From Deltaproteobacteria bacterium (GTDB taxonomy: Bacteria > Desulfobacterota > Binatia > HRBIN30), in assembly GCA_016200585.1 (NCBI GenBank), contig JACQEN010000103.1, forward strand, positions 1 to 58,188: a stretch of 58,188 nucleotides of DNA. Direction: 5' to 3'. Within the stretch, counting starts at the first letter, position 1. Each line of letters begins with the position of its first letter. The notes under the pieces are model-generated. The model saw nothing but the letters and a program-made list of their open reading frames with translations. It did not search any database and had not been told where the DNA came from. This document shows, in pieces, positions 1 to 9,255 of the stretch. The translations under genes and the position numbers were made by a program.

Positions 1-548
1 ACACGGATTGCCGGGTAGCGCTCCAGGTCGAAGCCGCCTTCGTCGGCGACGTGGGTGTAGGCAAAGAGCGCGATGTCGGCGATCGAGTAGTCGCCGCTGA
101 CGAAAAAGGCGTGGCTGCGCAGATGGTCTTCCATGACGTCGAGGGCGGCGTACCCGAGCTTGCGTTTTGCCGGTAACGGGGACTGGCGCTCGGGTGTCAT
201 CCCGCTGTGCATCCAGAAGCGAACTGTGGCGATGTTGGGCTCGTGGCTGTACTGCTCGAAGAACATCCATTGCAGAACCTGGGCGCGCTGCAGGCGATCG
301 GCTGGAAGGAAGTTTGTTCCTTCGGCGAGATAGAAGAGGATTGCATCGGATTCGGCCAGGTAGACGCCCGGCTCAATCTCGAGCAGCGGAATGCGCCCGT
401 TCGGGTTCTTGCGCAGAAATTCCGGCGTTCGCGTCTCGCCCTTCAAGATGTCGAGCTCGACGCGCTCGAAGGGAATGCCGAGCTGGGTGAACAGCAGGCG
501 GACTTTGTAGCCGTTTCCCGAGATCAGGTAATCGTAGAGCCGCATCAT
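1..548 (-). CDS. glutathione S-transferase family protein (C-terminal end cut by window edge)
   Basis: The reverse-strand frame is open to the window edge, so it is absent from the ORF track. My translation from ATG 548: MMRLYDYLISGNGYKVRLLFTQLGIPFERVELDILKGETRTPEFLRKNPNGRIPLLEIEPGVYLAESDAILFYLAEGT...SIADIALFAYTHVADEGGF. This shows a GST thioredoxin-like N-domain (RIPLL cis-Pro region, ESDAILFYL) plus a helical C-domain. A GGGAGA SD lies upstream. The + strand ORFs 133..569 are antisense shadows. Confidence 0.85.
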   Translation of the reverse strand, partial: MMRLYDYLISGNGYKVRLLFTQLGIPFERVELDILKGETRTPEFLRKNPNGRIPLLEIEPGVYLAESDAILFYLAEGTNFLPADRLQRAQVLQWMFFEQYSHEPNIATVRFWMHSGMTPERQSPLPAKRKLGYAALDVMEDHLRSHAFFVSGDYSIADIALFAYTHVADEGGFDLERYPAIR

Positions 549-645
549 GATCATCTCCCGTGCGGCTAGTACCACGAGTGGCCGAGGCGGCGCACGCCGG
601 TCGTTTCGACGGCTGTGTCAGCCGCGTGCAACAGCAGCGGGCGGC

Positions 646-1038
646 TCAGCCGGTGCTGCGGACGGGATCGACGTCTTCGGTTGCTTCGATATCCCGGAAA
701 GTGTGATTGAGCTCACGGATCAGACGATCAATCTGGATCTCCAACGCTGCGGCCGCTGCCGCTGCTGCTGGCAGGTCGCCGCTGCGCGCCAGCGTCTCTA
801 CACGTTGGGTGCTGGCGTGCGCCGCTTCGGCGTCGAAACTGGATACCGATCCCTTCAGGGAGTGCGCGACGTTTTGAATGGCGAGGCTGTCTCCGGCGGC
901 GATTGCGGCGTGCAGGGCGGCCAACCGCTTCGGGCAGTCGTCGATGAACAGCTGAGCGATTTCCCGGAAGAAATCGACATCGCCGTCGAAGCGAGCGAGT
1001 ATCTTTGGGAGATCGAGGGTGAAGCGCTCAGGCTCCAC
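646..1038 (-). CDS. histidine phosphotransfer (Hpt) domain protein
   Basis: This is the C-terminal 130 aa of ORF 646..1434(-): ...FFREIAQLFIDDCPKRLAALHAAIAAGDSLAIQNVAHSLKGSVSSFDAEAA..., with the HxxKG phospho-His motif in a helical Hpt context. The start is uncertain: I chose GTG at 1038, and the in-frame upstream extension looks non-coding (Arg/Ser/Pro-rich). Confidence 0.7.
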   Translation of the reverse strand: MEPERFTLDLPKILARFDGDVDFFREIAQLFIDDCPKRLAALHAAIAAGDSLAIQNVAHSLKGSVSSFDAEAAHASTQRVETLARSGDLPAAAAAAAALEIQIDRLIRELNHTFRDIEATEDVDPVRSTG

Positions 1039-1411
1039 GCTGGCGGCTTGGTCGGCGCCGCGCCGCGCTCGATCGCTGTGGGCACGCTCTGCTTCGCATT
1101 GTTGGCTGATCACCTTCTCGACCAAGACACGACACCTCCCATCCTGGTGTAAACAAGTCGTGTGCCAGGTGGATGAAGGCGGGGCCCTCATCCATCCAGC
1201 CTCCGATTTCGATTTCAGGCCGTCATTCAGGGTGACATCGGCGCGCCTAAAACAGATGTTTCGTCGATATAGCGGCACCGCCGAGGTCCCGTCCCCTTTT
1301 GGTTGGTGAGTAAGTGATCGATTGGTCGTAAGGCTGATGGGGGGGGCAGAGCCACAAAGTTTTCGCGGTGGGCGGAATCGCACAAGATAACGTGCTAGGT
1401 CGGCGGGACCG

Positions 1412-3778
1412 ATGGACGGCGGAGTTGAGGACAAAACGTCGGGGACGTCCGGTGACTTGAGGCCGGCTCTCGACAGTCGTCTGGGGCGATTGTTTTCCGT
1501 GTTGTTCGAGAAGCGGGCCTGGGTACTGTGCCTGTACCTCGCCGTGTTGCCGGTTGCGGCCTATTTTGCCCTCAAAGTTGGTCAAGACAACTCGCTCGAT
1601 CGCCTGATCGTTCCGACCGACCCGGATTACTTGGCCACACGTGCCTTCCAGCAGACGTTCGGCGGCGGCGAGTTTTCCGTCATCATGATCGAAGCCGACG
1701 ATCCGTTCTCGTTGCCGGTCGTCGAACGCTTCGATCGCATCGAACGGGGCTTGCAACAGATTCCGCATGTCGAAGCCGAGTCGGCGCTGTCGATCTACCG
1801 CCGCGCCAAAGCCGGTTTTGAGGCGACTCCCGATCAGGTCGCGGCCTTCCGCGCCTTTGCTACGGGGACCGATCTGCTGCGCAAACAAGGGCTGGTTCTC
1901 GATCACTTCCTGGCCATCGCGCTGGTCCTCGACGTGCAAGGCCCGCAAGCACGCGAAGAGACACTTGCGAAGATCGACGCCGTGCTCGGAAAGCCGGAAG
2001 GGCCGGTTCTCGGCATCCACACTTTGGGGTTGCCCTACGTCGACGCCTACCTCGATGCGTCGCAGCGGCGCGCGCCCTTGTACTTCGTGCCGTTTGTGTT
2101 GTTCGTGGTGGCGCTGAATATCGGCCTCTACCGCTCGTGGCGCACTCTCTTGGCGTTCCTGATCACTCTGGGTGTCTGCCTGGCTCTTTCGGTTGGCTAC
2201 ATCGGCATGGCCGGCGGAATGTTCACCATCGTCTCGCCGATGGTGCCGATGACGATTCTGGTCACTACGACGGCGACCCTGGTCTACTTGCATTCGCGCT
2301 TCGTCGATTGCCCCGTTGGTCGCGACGTGCGGCAGCATCAGGTCTTCGCCTACGTCAACAAGTTCGTCGCCTGCACGGCATCGATCTTCGCAACAGCCGT
2401 GGGTTTTGCCGCCCTGATGGTTTCGTCGATTCGGCCGGTGCGCGATATGGGTCTGTGGGTAGCGGTGAGCCTGGGACTCACTTGGATCACCGTATTTTCC
2501 CTGTTCCCGGCCTTGCAGCTGGTCTTGCGGACGCCGACGCAGGCACAACGCGCAAACGCCGCTGCCTGGTTTTCTTCCTTTGCCGAGTGGTTGCCGCGCG
2601 TCACGTTTCGCTGGCGCTCTTCTTTGGTGTTCGCGGCGCTGGGGTTTGCTGCCGTGGGTGCGATTTCGATTTTCGGTTTTCCCGGCTTGGCTGCGCCGGT
2701 GCGCGTGCTCACCGATCCGGTCGAGTTCATGCGCCGCGACTCAAAGCTGTACGCTGACATCCAACGCTTTACGCCGATCATTCCCGGCATGTCGATTACG
2801 CAGGTATGGCTGAAGGGCTCCTTGGGGAGCGTTTCGGAGCCGGACGTTCTTTCGGGATTGAATGACTTCCAGCAACGTCTCGAACGCGCGCCGGGAGTTG
2901 GCGCTGCCATCGGTGTCACCAATATTCTGCGGATGATTCGCTACCTCGGGGGCCAGGGCGATCAGTGGCCGAACGATCCGTCTGCGGTGGAGCAGGTTGC
3001 GGCGGATTTGGAGGGTCTGGTTCCTACCACGCCGATGTTGCGGCGCTTCGTTCAGCCGCACGAGCTTGCGCAAACCCAACTCACGGTGATCACCCGCGCC
3101 ATCGATCATCAGGAATTTGCCAAGCTGGAGAAAACGGTCCGCGAACAATGGACGGCTTCCGTCAAGGCATTCCCGGTACTATCGGCATTCCAGTTGCAAA
3201 CCGTCGGCCTGGCGCCATTGCACGCCAAGATGGCGCAGTCGTTGGTGCCGACTCTGGTCGAGAGCTTCGCGCTCACCGTGGTGCTCATCTTCAGCACGTT
3301 TTTGCTGGTGTTCCGCAACGGCACGGCGCGGTTGATGGCGATGATCCCGTCGCTGTTTGCCATCCTGGTGATGTTCGCCATCATGCGCGCCATCGGTTGG
3401 TCGTTGAACATCGCCACGATTTTGATTGCGTCGACGGTCCTCGGAACCTCGGAAAACGATCAAATCCACTTCTTCTATCATTTTCTCGAAAAGCGCCGCG
3501 ACGGATCGAGCATCGAGGTTTCCCTGCGTCACACGCTGCTGATCGCCGGACGAGCCATCTTCTTCGCGACGATCATCAACGCCGGCGGCTTTCTGGCCTT
3601 CGCTCTGGCCGACCTTCCCGCGGTTCGGCAATTCGGAGTTCTGTCGGCGGTGGCGTTCCTGCTGTCGATGGTGGCCGACTTCAGCGCCCTGCCGGCGGCA
3701 TTGTGGATCTTGTCGAGGCAGCAGCCGGACCGGCTCAGCACCACCGGTGAGCTGGACGCCGAGAGATTGCCCGGCTGA
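1412..3778 (+). CDS. RND superfamily exporter (COG1033 / MMPL-HpnN-like)
   Basis: 788 aa. Two multi-helix hydrophobic blocks (e.g. LAFLITLGVCLALSVGYIGMAGGMFTIVSPMVPMTILV and MAMIPSLFAILVMFAIMRAIGWSLNIATILIASTVLGTSENDQIHFF) are each preceded by a large soluble loop. This duplicated architecture is typical of MMPL/COG1033 exporters. Confidence 0.85.
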   Translation: MDGGVEDKTSGTSGDLRPALDSRLGRLFSVLFEKRAWVLCLYLAVLPVAAYFALKVGQDNSLDRLIVPTDPDYLATRAFQQTFGGGEFSVIMIEADDPFSLPVVERFDRIERGLQQIPHVEAESALSIYRRAKAGFEATPDQVAAFRAFATGTDLLRKQGLVLDHFLAIALVLDVQGPQAREETLAKIDAVLGKPEGPVLGIHTLGLPYVDAYLDASQRRAPLYFVPFVLFVVALNIGLYRSWRTLLAFLITLGVCLALSVGYIGMAGGMFTIVSPMVPMTILVTTTATLVYLHSRFVDCPVGRDVRQHQVFAYVNKFVACTASIFATAVGFAALMVSSIRPVRDMGLWVAVSLGLTWITVFSLFPALQLVLRTPTQAQRANAAAWFSSFAEWLPRVTFRWRSSLVFAALGFAAVGAISIFGFPGLAAPVRVLTDPVEFMRRDSKLYADIQRFTPIIPGMSITQVWLKGSLGSVSEPDVLSGLNDFQQRLERAPGVGAAIGVTNILRMIRYLGGQGDQWPNDPSAVEQVAADLEGLVPTTPMLRRFVQPHELAQTQLTVITRAIDHQEFAKLEKTVREQWTASVKAFPVLSAFQLQTVGLAPLHAKMAQSLVPTLVESFALTVVLIFSTFLLVFRNGTARLMAMIPSLFAILVMFAIMRAIGWSLNIATILIASTVLGTSENDQIHFFYHFLEKRRDGSSIEVSLRHTLLIAGRAIFFATIINAGGFLAFALADLPAVRQFGVLSAVAFLLSMVADFSALPAALWILSRQQPDRLSTTGELDAERLPG

Positions 3779-3911
3779 GATTTCGGAACGGGTAGCGCCA
3801 GCGCACTTGCAACGGCCCGCCGCACTCGGCGCAAATGCGTAAACGGTTCGGCCCCCGGCAACCTTACTGGCTGTGGCGCTGCAATGCCAAGACGGTGCGG
3901 AGCGGTTCGGC

Positions 3912-5099
3912 TTAGCGGGGCAGACCGAGGACGCGTTGGGCGATGATGTTGCGTTGGACTTCGGATGTCCCGGCGTAGATCGTCGACGAGCGCGACCACA
4001 ACAGCTCATAGGCCCAGAACCCGCCGTCGACGGCGTGCATTTCGTTGGCCGGAATGAGGCCCCAGTTGCCGAGGATCTCGATCGCCGTGTCCTTGAGCCG
4101 CTGCTCGAGCTCGCTCCAGAAGATCTTCAGGATCGAGCCCTCCGAACCCGGGACTCCGGTGCGCGATACCATGGTGACGTTGCGATACGCGGTGTAGCGC
4201 AGGATGGCCGACTCGATCGCGGCTTGCGCGACCTTCTGGCGGACGACCGGATCGTCGGCGGCGCGCGCTCCGTTACGCGGCGTCTTCAGCGCCAGCCGCG
4301 CCAGGCGATTCGACTCGGCCTGCAGCCGGACGTGCGGAGTCGTGCCGGCGCGCTCGTGACCGAGGGTGGCCATGACGACGTGCCAGCCGCCGTTGATTTC
4401 GCCCACGACGTTGGCGCGCGGCACGCGCAACTCGTCGAAGAAGACCTCGTTGAACCATTCTTCGCCGGTCATCTCACGTAGCGGCCGGATGGTGATCCCC
4501 GGGCTCTTGAGATCGACGAGGAGGAAGGTCAGACCCTTATGCTTGGGCCCCTCGAAACTGGTGCGCGTCACCAACATGCACCAGTCGGCGTGCTTGGCGA
4601 CGCTGGTCCAAATCTTCTGACCGGTGACGATGAATTCGTCGCCGAGCAATTCGGCCTTGGTCTTCACCGACGCTAGATCCGATCCGGCATTGGGTTCGGA
4701 AAATCCCTGACACCAGATTTCCTGGCCATTCAGGATGGGTGTCAGGAAGCGCGCTTTCTGCTCGGCGTTGCCGCAAGCGATCAACATCGGACCGACGAGG
4801 CTGAGGCCGATCTTCAGCGCCAGGATGTCGGGTGCCGCGAAGCGCGCGTACTCCTCGTTGTAGATCAACTGCTCGACGGTGCTCAGGCCGCGACCACCGA
4901 ACTCCTTTGGCCAGGTAATGCCCGCCCAGCCGCCGTCATACAGCTGCCGTTGCCAGGTCCGCGCGAATGCCACCTGCTCGGCGGGGGTTGTCGGCGGTTT
5001 GTAGGCCGGCGTTCCCCAACCCGCAGGGAGGTTGGCGCTCAGCCACGTCTGCACCGTTTGGCGAAACCGTTCTTGTTCTTCCGTAAGTCGAAGATCCAT
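3912..5099 (-). CDS. acyl-CoA dehydrogenase
   Basis: 395 aa. MDLRLTEEQERFRQ..., ITWPKEFGGRGLS, GFSEPNAGSDLAS and the C-terminal IYAGTSEVQRNIIAQRVLGLPR are classic ACAD N/M/C domain signatures. Confidence 0.93.
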   Translation of the reverse strand: MDLRLTEEQERFRQTVQTWLSANLPAGWGTPAYKPPTTPAEQVAFARTWQRQLYDGGWAGITWPKEFGGRGLSTVEQLIYNEEYARFAAPDILALKIGLSLVGPMLIACGNAEQKARFLTPILNGQEIWCQGFSEPNAGSDLASVKTKAELLGDEFIVTGQKIWTSVAKHADWCMLVTRTSFEGPKHKGLTFLLVDLKSPGITIRPLREMTGEEWFNEVFFDELRVPRANVVGEINGGWHVVMATLGHERAGTTPHVRLQAESNRLARLALKTPRNGARAADDPVVRQKVAQAAIESAILRYTAYRNVTMVSRTGVPGSEGSILKIFWSELEQRLKDTAIEILGNWGLIPANEMHAVDGGFWAYELLWSRSSTIYAGTSEVQRNIIAQRVLGLPR

Positions 5100-5137
5100 G
5101 TGTTTGTCCCAGCTCGATCAGGGGCCGCGTCGAGGTC

Positions 5138-5329
5138 CTACCTCGCGATCAGCACCGGATACTCGGTCATCATCACGAAGCCCATACGTTGATAGATCGG
5201 CGCACCCATCATCGACGCTTACAGGTTGGCAAACGATGCCCCGCGGCGAAATCCTTCGCGGACCTCCTGTTGCCGGCGCGGAAAGCTGCGAAGGCGATCT
5301 GCAGCCTTTCGACGTGCGGGTTGCTGCTC
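5138..5329 (-). pseudogene. possible GNAT acetyltransferase C-terminal remnant interrupted by an in-frame TAA
   Basis: My reverse-strand translation reads ...FRRGASFANL*ASMMGAPIYQRMGFVMMTEYPVLIAR*. The tail resembles the GNAT C-terminal motif (L.AS..G.P.Y...GF). An in-frame TAA sits at 5219..5221, and no plausible N-terminal half is present. Confidence 0.3.
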
Positions 5330-6107
5330 ACGGCGCAACCTCAAATGCGATACCCGGCCTTGCACACAGGCATGGCTGAGTCAGAAGACGGGTCTGCAAA
5401 CAGCTCGCATACAACGGCTGCTGATCGGAGAGGCTGAGCGCCAGGTAGCCGGTCTCGCCGGGCGCTACAGCGGATGCCCGGTCGACGTCCACGACCGCAA
5501 CGCGCAGCGTCATGTCGGGATGAAAGACGTCACGCTCACAGGTGATCGCGGCAAAGCTCGTGACCTCGGGAACCGCCAGCCAGCGCCGTTGCCAGCCGCC
5601 GAACCTGCACGTGTCGGACAGCGCCGGAGGAGGTGCGGGTACGAAGTCGGTGCTCGACCAGATGATCCCCGACCACCAGGGACGTGGTGTCGGCGGTGCG
5701 GCGCTCAGGAAACGTGCGGCGCTGCACGGATCAAGGACCAGGACATTTGCTTCGACGCGGTCGACGAGCTCCCAAGCTTGTTTGGCCGCGGCGTCGGTAT
5801 CGATGGTCCCAAGCGGAACGTCGAGCCCACCCAGCTCGTCCACCACGTCGCCGAGTTGGAGGGAACCGGGTGTCGCCAGAGCTCCGGCCAGTGTATTGGC
5901 GACGCGCATTCCGGCGCTCAGGCCCGCCGCGTTCAGCAGACGAACACCGGCCGCACGCTCTTGCGCCAGCTCACTCGCGGTCCAGGTGAGGACGAGCAGG
6001 GTATCACCGCTGCCGGTCATCCCGGCGCGCACTGCACCCGGTCGACGAGCGGATCGAGGATTCCGGCGCTGGGCCTGCACCAGGTCGCTGCGTTTGGAGA
6101 GCGTCAT
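5328..6107 (-). CDS. divergent, truncated PaaK/F390-synthetase-like (adenylate-forming) protein, probably non-catalytic
   Basis: 259 aa. AGMTGSGDTLLVLTWTASELAQERAAGVRLLNAAGLSAGMRVANTLAGALATPGSLQLGDVVDELGGLDVPLG is collinear with the PaaK pattern SSGTTGKP..v.yT..D...W.....r.l...G...gD.v.n...yGl.tGG......e.lGa.v.P.g. The P-loop is degenerate. PGETGYLALS and CLCARPG resemble the downstream PaaK motifs. The protein is much shorter than a normal ~430 aa ligase. Confidence 0.5.
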   Translation of the reverse strand: MTLSKRSDLVQAQRRNPRSARRPGAVRAGMTGSGDTLLVLTWTASELAQERAAGVRLLNAAGLSAGMRVANTLAGALATPGSLQLGDVVDELGGLDVPLGTIDTDAAAKQAWELVDRVEANVLVLDPCSAARFLSAAPPTPRPWWSGIIWSSTDFVPAPPPALSDTCRFGGWQRRWLAVPEVTSFAAITCERDVFHPDMTLRVAVVDVDRASAVAPGETGYLALSLSDQQPLYASCLQTRLLTQPCLCARPGIAFEVAP

Positions 6108-6131
6108 AGGTCCAATTTCGAACCTAGCGTT

Positions 6132-7277
6132 CTATCCCTTTTGCAGAATGTGAATCACGCAGACGCTGCCCCCGCCCATCATGTGGCACAGGCCGATGCG
6201 CGCGTCCTTGACCTGTCGTTTGCCGGCCTCGCCGCGCAACTGCAGGGTGGTTTCCCAGATTTGTGCCAAGCCGGTCGGGCCGCCGGGATGGCCGCGGGCG
6301 ATCAAGCCGCCGTCGGTCGACACCGCGACGCGGCCGCCGAGCTCGAAATCACCGCGTTCGACGCACGCCTCGCCTTCGCCACGCTTACACAACCCGAGGA
6401 GCTCGTAGTACTCGAGCTCTTCGATGGCGAAGGCATCGTGAACCTGAACCAGGTCGAGGTCTTCCGGACCGACACCGGCTTCGTTGTAGACGTTGGCGGA
6501 CGTGTCGATGGTCATCTGCGCCGGACCGACGACCGGGCCCATGAACAGATGGCCGCGCGAGTATTTTTCGCTCTGCAGATCGGATGCCGTCACGCGCACG
6601 AGCGGGCGTTCGGGGTGCAGCTTCTTGGCGAGGTCGGCGCGGCCGACGATGGCACAGGCGGCGCCGTCGCCCATCGGGCACGACATCATCGTCGTCAGCG
6701 GCCAGGCCACGGGGCGCGATTTGAGCACGCGTTCGACGCTCGTCGGCTCGGCGGATTGGCGCTGCGACATCGGGTTGAGCGCGCCGTTGTTCCAGTTCTT
6801 GGCGGAGATCTTTGCCAGATGCTCCACTTTCATGCCGCGTTCGTGCATGCGGCGCGTTGCCCAGAGGGCGAAAAAAGCGGCCGGCAGGATCGCGTCTTCC
6901 ATGTTTTCCGGCGACGTCCCCTGGGTCGACTGCTGGATCATCGTGGTCATTTTGTCGAAGCCGAGCACCATGACGATGTCGTACGTTCCGTTGGCGACCT
7001 GCAAACAAGCTTCGCGGAAAGCCGCCGAGCCGGTTGCCGAGGCGTTCTCCACGTGCTGTACCGGGATGCCGGTCAGCCCGAATTCCTTCATCACACGCAC
7101 CCCGGCCATGACCGGCGCGAAAATGTGACCGACGTAGGCGGCCTGCACGTCGCGGAAGGACAGTCCCGCATCGCGCAGCGCTGCCATTCCGGCCTGACGC
7201 GCCATTTCCGCGTTCGAGATGTCGTAATACATCCCGAAGCGATACATCCCTACGCCTAGGACGGCGACATCCTTCAT
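6132..7277 (-). CDS. thiolase-fold protein (SCP-x / lipid-transfer-protein type)
   Basis: 381 aa. MKDVAVLGVGMYRFG..., GGLIARGHPGGPTGLAQ and the MMGGGSVCV C-terminus match the thiolase fold. The stop of the upstream DUF35 gene lies 1 nt from its start, indicating an operon. The usual nucleophile motif NACASGS reads NASATGS here (see findings). Confidence 0.88.
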   Translation of the reverse strand: MKDVAVLGVGMYRFGMYYDISNAEMARQAGMAALRDAGLSFRDVQAAYVGHIFAPVMAGVRVMKEFGLTGIPVQHVENASATGSAAFREACLQVANGTYDIVMVLGFDKMTTMIQQSTQGTSPENMEDAILPAAFFALWATRRMHERGMKVEHLAKISAKNWNNGALNPMSQRQSAEPTSVERVLKSRPVAWPLTTMMSCPMGDGAACAIVGRADLAKKLHPERPLVRVTASDLQSEKYSRGHLFMGPVVGPAQMTIDTSANVYNEAGVGPEDLDLVQVHDAFAIEELEYYELLGLCKRGEGEACVERGDFELGGRVAVSTDGGLIARGHPGGPTGLAQIWETTLQLRGEAGKRQVKDARIGLCHMMGGGSVCVIHILQKG

Positions 7278-7278
7278 C

Positions 7279-7725
7279 TCAACCCTCCAGCGGCCGGAAG
7301 CGCACGATGACGATGTCGCTGGCGCCGTCTTCGCGCAATGTGTTCAGCTCGGCTTCCAGCGTTTGCCCGATCTTGAACTCGCCTTGCTTGCCGGCCAGCG
7401 GCAGTTGAACGCGCGGACCCTCAGGCAAGTCGACCTGGCCGACGCCGTAACCCTCGGCGTGCTCCATGTTGCTCGAGCCGAACAGCGGCAGATGCACGAA
7501 GGTGTAGCTGTAGAGCGTGCCGCGCGGTCCGAGCTCGACATCGGCGGTGTTTTCGGAAAGGCACTCCGGGCGCGCGCAAATGGCGCGGCGCGGGAAGTAG
7601 TGCTCGCTGAAATCGTTGCATTTCGTGCCGAGAAGCTTCGGCGGCTGCTGTGGGTCGTCGGGAATGGTGAAATAGCCGGGCTTGATTGGTACCCGGGGAC
7701 GCTGCGTCGTAGTCATAGGGCCCAC
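7279..7725 (-). CDS. DUF35 Zn-ribbon / OB-fold acyl-CoA-associated protein
   Basis: 148 aa. KPGYFTIPDD...LLGTKCNDFSEHYFPRRAICARPEC...GTLYSYTFVH... shows the rubredoxin-like segment followed by an OB fold. It is the typical partner of SCP-x-type thiolases. Confidence 0.85.
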   Translation of the reverse strand: MGPMTTTQRPRVPIKPGYFTIPDDPQQPPKLLGTKCNDFSEHYFPRRAICARPECLSENTADVELGPRGTLYSYTFVHLPLFGSSNMEHAEGYGVGQVDLPEGPRVQLPLAGKQGEFKIGQTLEAELNTLREDGASDIVIVRFRPLEG

Positions 7726-7860
7726 TGGCTAGCCCAACGAACGTTTGTTCGTCAAGGTGGATCGGTAGTGCAGCATGCGGCGCGGCGGCGCGCCGCGATT
7801 TTGTGAGTTGCTCGTTCTGTCGAACGGGAGAATACCATTCGCCAGGAGGAACCATTTCTC

Positions 7861-8283
7861 ATGACGAAAACAAAAGATACGTTTTCATGGGTGACGCTGG
7901 TTTGCGCGGCGCTGCTGGCACCACTGTCCTCGGCTGCGGTGGCAGAGTTGAAGGTTCATGAGCACGACGGCGTAGCGTACGTCAGCGGCGGGGTGGGGAC
8001 CGATGAGCGCCACGAAATCGAAGCACTGGCTGCGCAGTTCAATTTGAAGCTGACGATGGCGTTGAGCGACGGCCATTTCATCAGCGACACGCAGGTGCAG
8101 ATTCGCGATGCGAAAGGCAGCACGTTGGTCGAGGCGGCTTCCGACGGTCCCCTGTTCTACGCCAAGCTTCCGCCTGGTTCCTACACGGTGGTTTGCAGCC
8201 TGAACGGCAAGGAGGTGAAGCGCTCGGCTACGGTGACGACCGGCAAACAGCAACGGCTGACGTTTACGTGGTCGTCGGAATGA
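7861..8283 (+). CDS. secreted hypothetical protein (carboxypeptidase-regulatory-like beta-sandwich C-terminus)
   Basis: 140 aa. Signal peptide MTKTKDTFSWVTLVCAALLAPLSSAAVA. The C-terminal YAKLPPGSYTVVCSLNGKEVKRSATVTTGKQQRLTF resembles the CarboxypepD_reg pattern. Confidence 0.65.
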   Translation: MTKTKDTFSWVTLVCAALLAPLSSAAVAELKVHEHDGVAYVSGGVGTDERHEIEALAAQFNLKLTMALSDGHFISDTQVQIRDAKGSTLVEAASDGPLFYAKLPPGSYTVVCSLNGKEVKRSATVTTGKQQRLTFTWSSE

Positions 8284-8383
8284 GCTTGGCGACGGCACGC
8301 GCGTCGTCTTTCCCCGTCGCTGCCGCTTGCCCTTCACGCGCCCTCGGGTATGGTGCGCGAGCTTTCCGACGAAAGGGGCGACA

Positions 8384-9190
8384 ATGGAATCGCAACGAGT
8401 CAAAGTGACCATCGAGGGTGGCGTTGCCGACGTGCGGCTGAGCCGGCCGGGAAAACTCAACGCGCTCGACCAGGCGATGTTCGAAGCTCTGATCGACACG
8501 GGCAAAGCCTTGGCGCGCGACAAACGCGTACGCTCCGTCGTACTGTCGGGTGAGGGGCGGGGCTTTTGCGCCGGGTTGGACTTCGCCAGCTTCATGGCGA
8601 TGGCGGGTTCCGACCGGCCAACCCGTCAATTGATGGATCGTGCCGACTTCGGCCGCGGCAACTTCGCGCAGCAGGCGGCCTTCGTGTGGCAGGAGGTGCC
8701 GGCACCGGTGATCGCTGCCATACATGGGGTTGCGTTCGGCGGCGGATTGCAGATCGCCCTCGGCGCCGATATTCGCTTCGTGCGTCCCGACGCTCAGCTC
8801 TCGGTGATGGAAATCAAGTGGGGATTGATTCCTGACATGAGCGGCACGCAGACCTTACGCCGCTTGTTGCGACTCGATGTCGTCAAGGAGTTGACCTTCA
8901 CCGGTCGTATCGTTTCGGGGGCAGACGCCGTGCAACTCGGGTTGGCGACGCACGTCAGCGATGATCCGCACGCCGATGCCATGGCCTTGGCTCGCGAGAT
9001 CGCCGGCAAGTCGCCCGATGCGATCCGTGCCGGCAAGCGTTTGCTCAATGAATCGGGATTGTCGACGGTCGAGGAGGGTCTGCGGATGGAAGAGTCGCTG
9101 CAGCGCTCGTTGATCGGTTCGCCGAACCAGCTCGAAGCGGTGCAAGCAAAAATGACGAAGCGCGCCGCGGCGTTTCACGATCCGGAGTGA
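8384..9190 (+). CDS. enoyl-CoA hydratase/isomerase (crotonase) family protein
   Basis: I take ATG 8384, preceded by AAGGGG, as the start (ORF track begins at 8327). The sequence MESQRVKVTIEGGVADVRLSRPGKLNALDQAMFEAL...GEGRGFCAGLD...AAIHGVAFGGGLQIALGADIRF carries the crotonase oxyanion-hole motifs. Confidence 0.9.
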   Translation: MESQRVKVTIEGGVADVRLSRPGKLNALDQAMFEALIDTGKALARDKRVRSVVLSGEGRGFCAGLDFASFMAMAGSDRPTRQLMDRADFGRGNFAQQAAFVWQEVPAPVIAAIHGVAFGGGLQIALGADIRFVRPDAQLSVMEIKWGLIPDMSGTQTLRRLLRLDVVKELTFTGRIVSGADAVQLGLATHVSDDPHADAMALAREIAGKSPDAIRAGKRLLNESGLSTVEEGLRMEESLQRSLIGSPNQLEAVQAKMTKRAAAFHDPE

Positions 9191-9255
9191 TATGACGCCT
9201 GCTCGATTGGCGGGCGGTTGGCCCTGACGCCCGGCGGTTCAAACCGCCTTGCTAC

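Noticed and set aside
1153-1167. Reverse-strand TGGCACacgacTTGT upstream of the Hpt gene as a sigma-54 promoter.
   Set aside because: The invariant -12 GC is replaced by GT. I kept it only as a weak near-hit that a PWM scan could re-evaluate.
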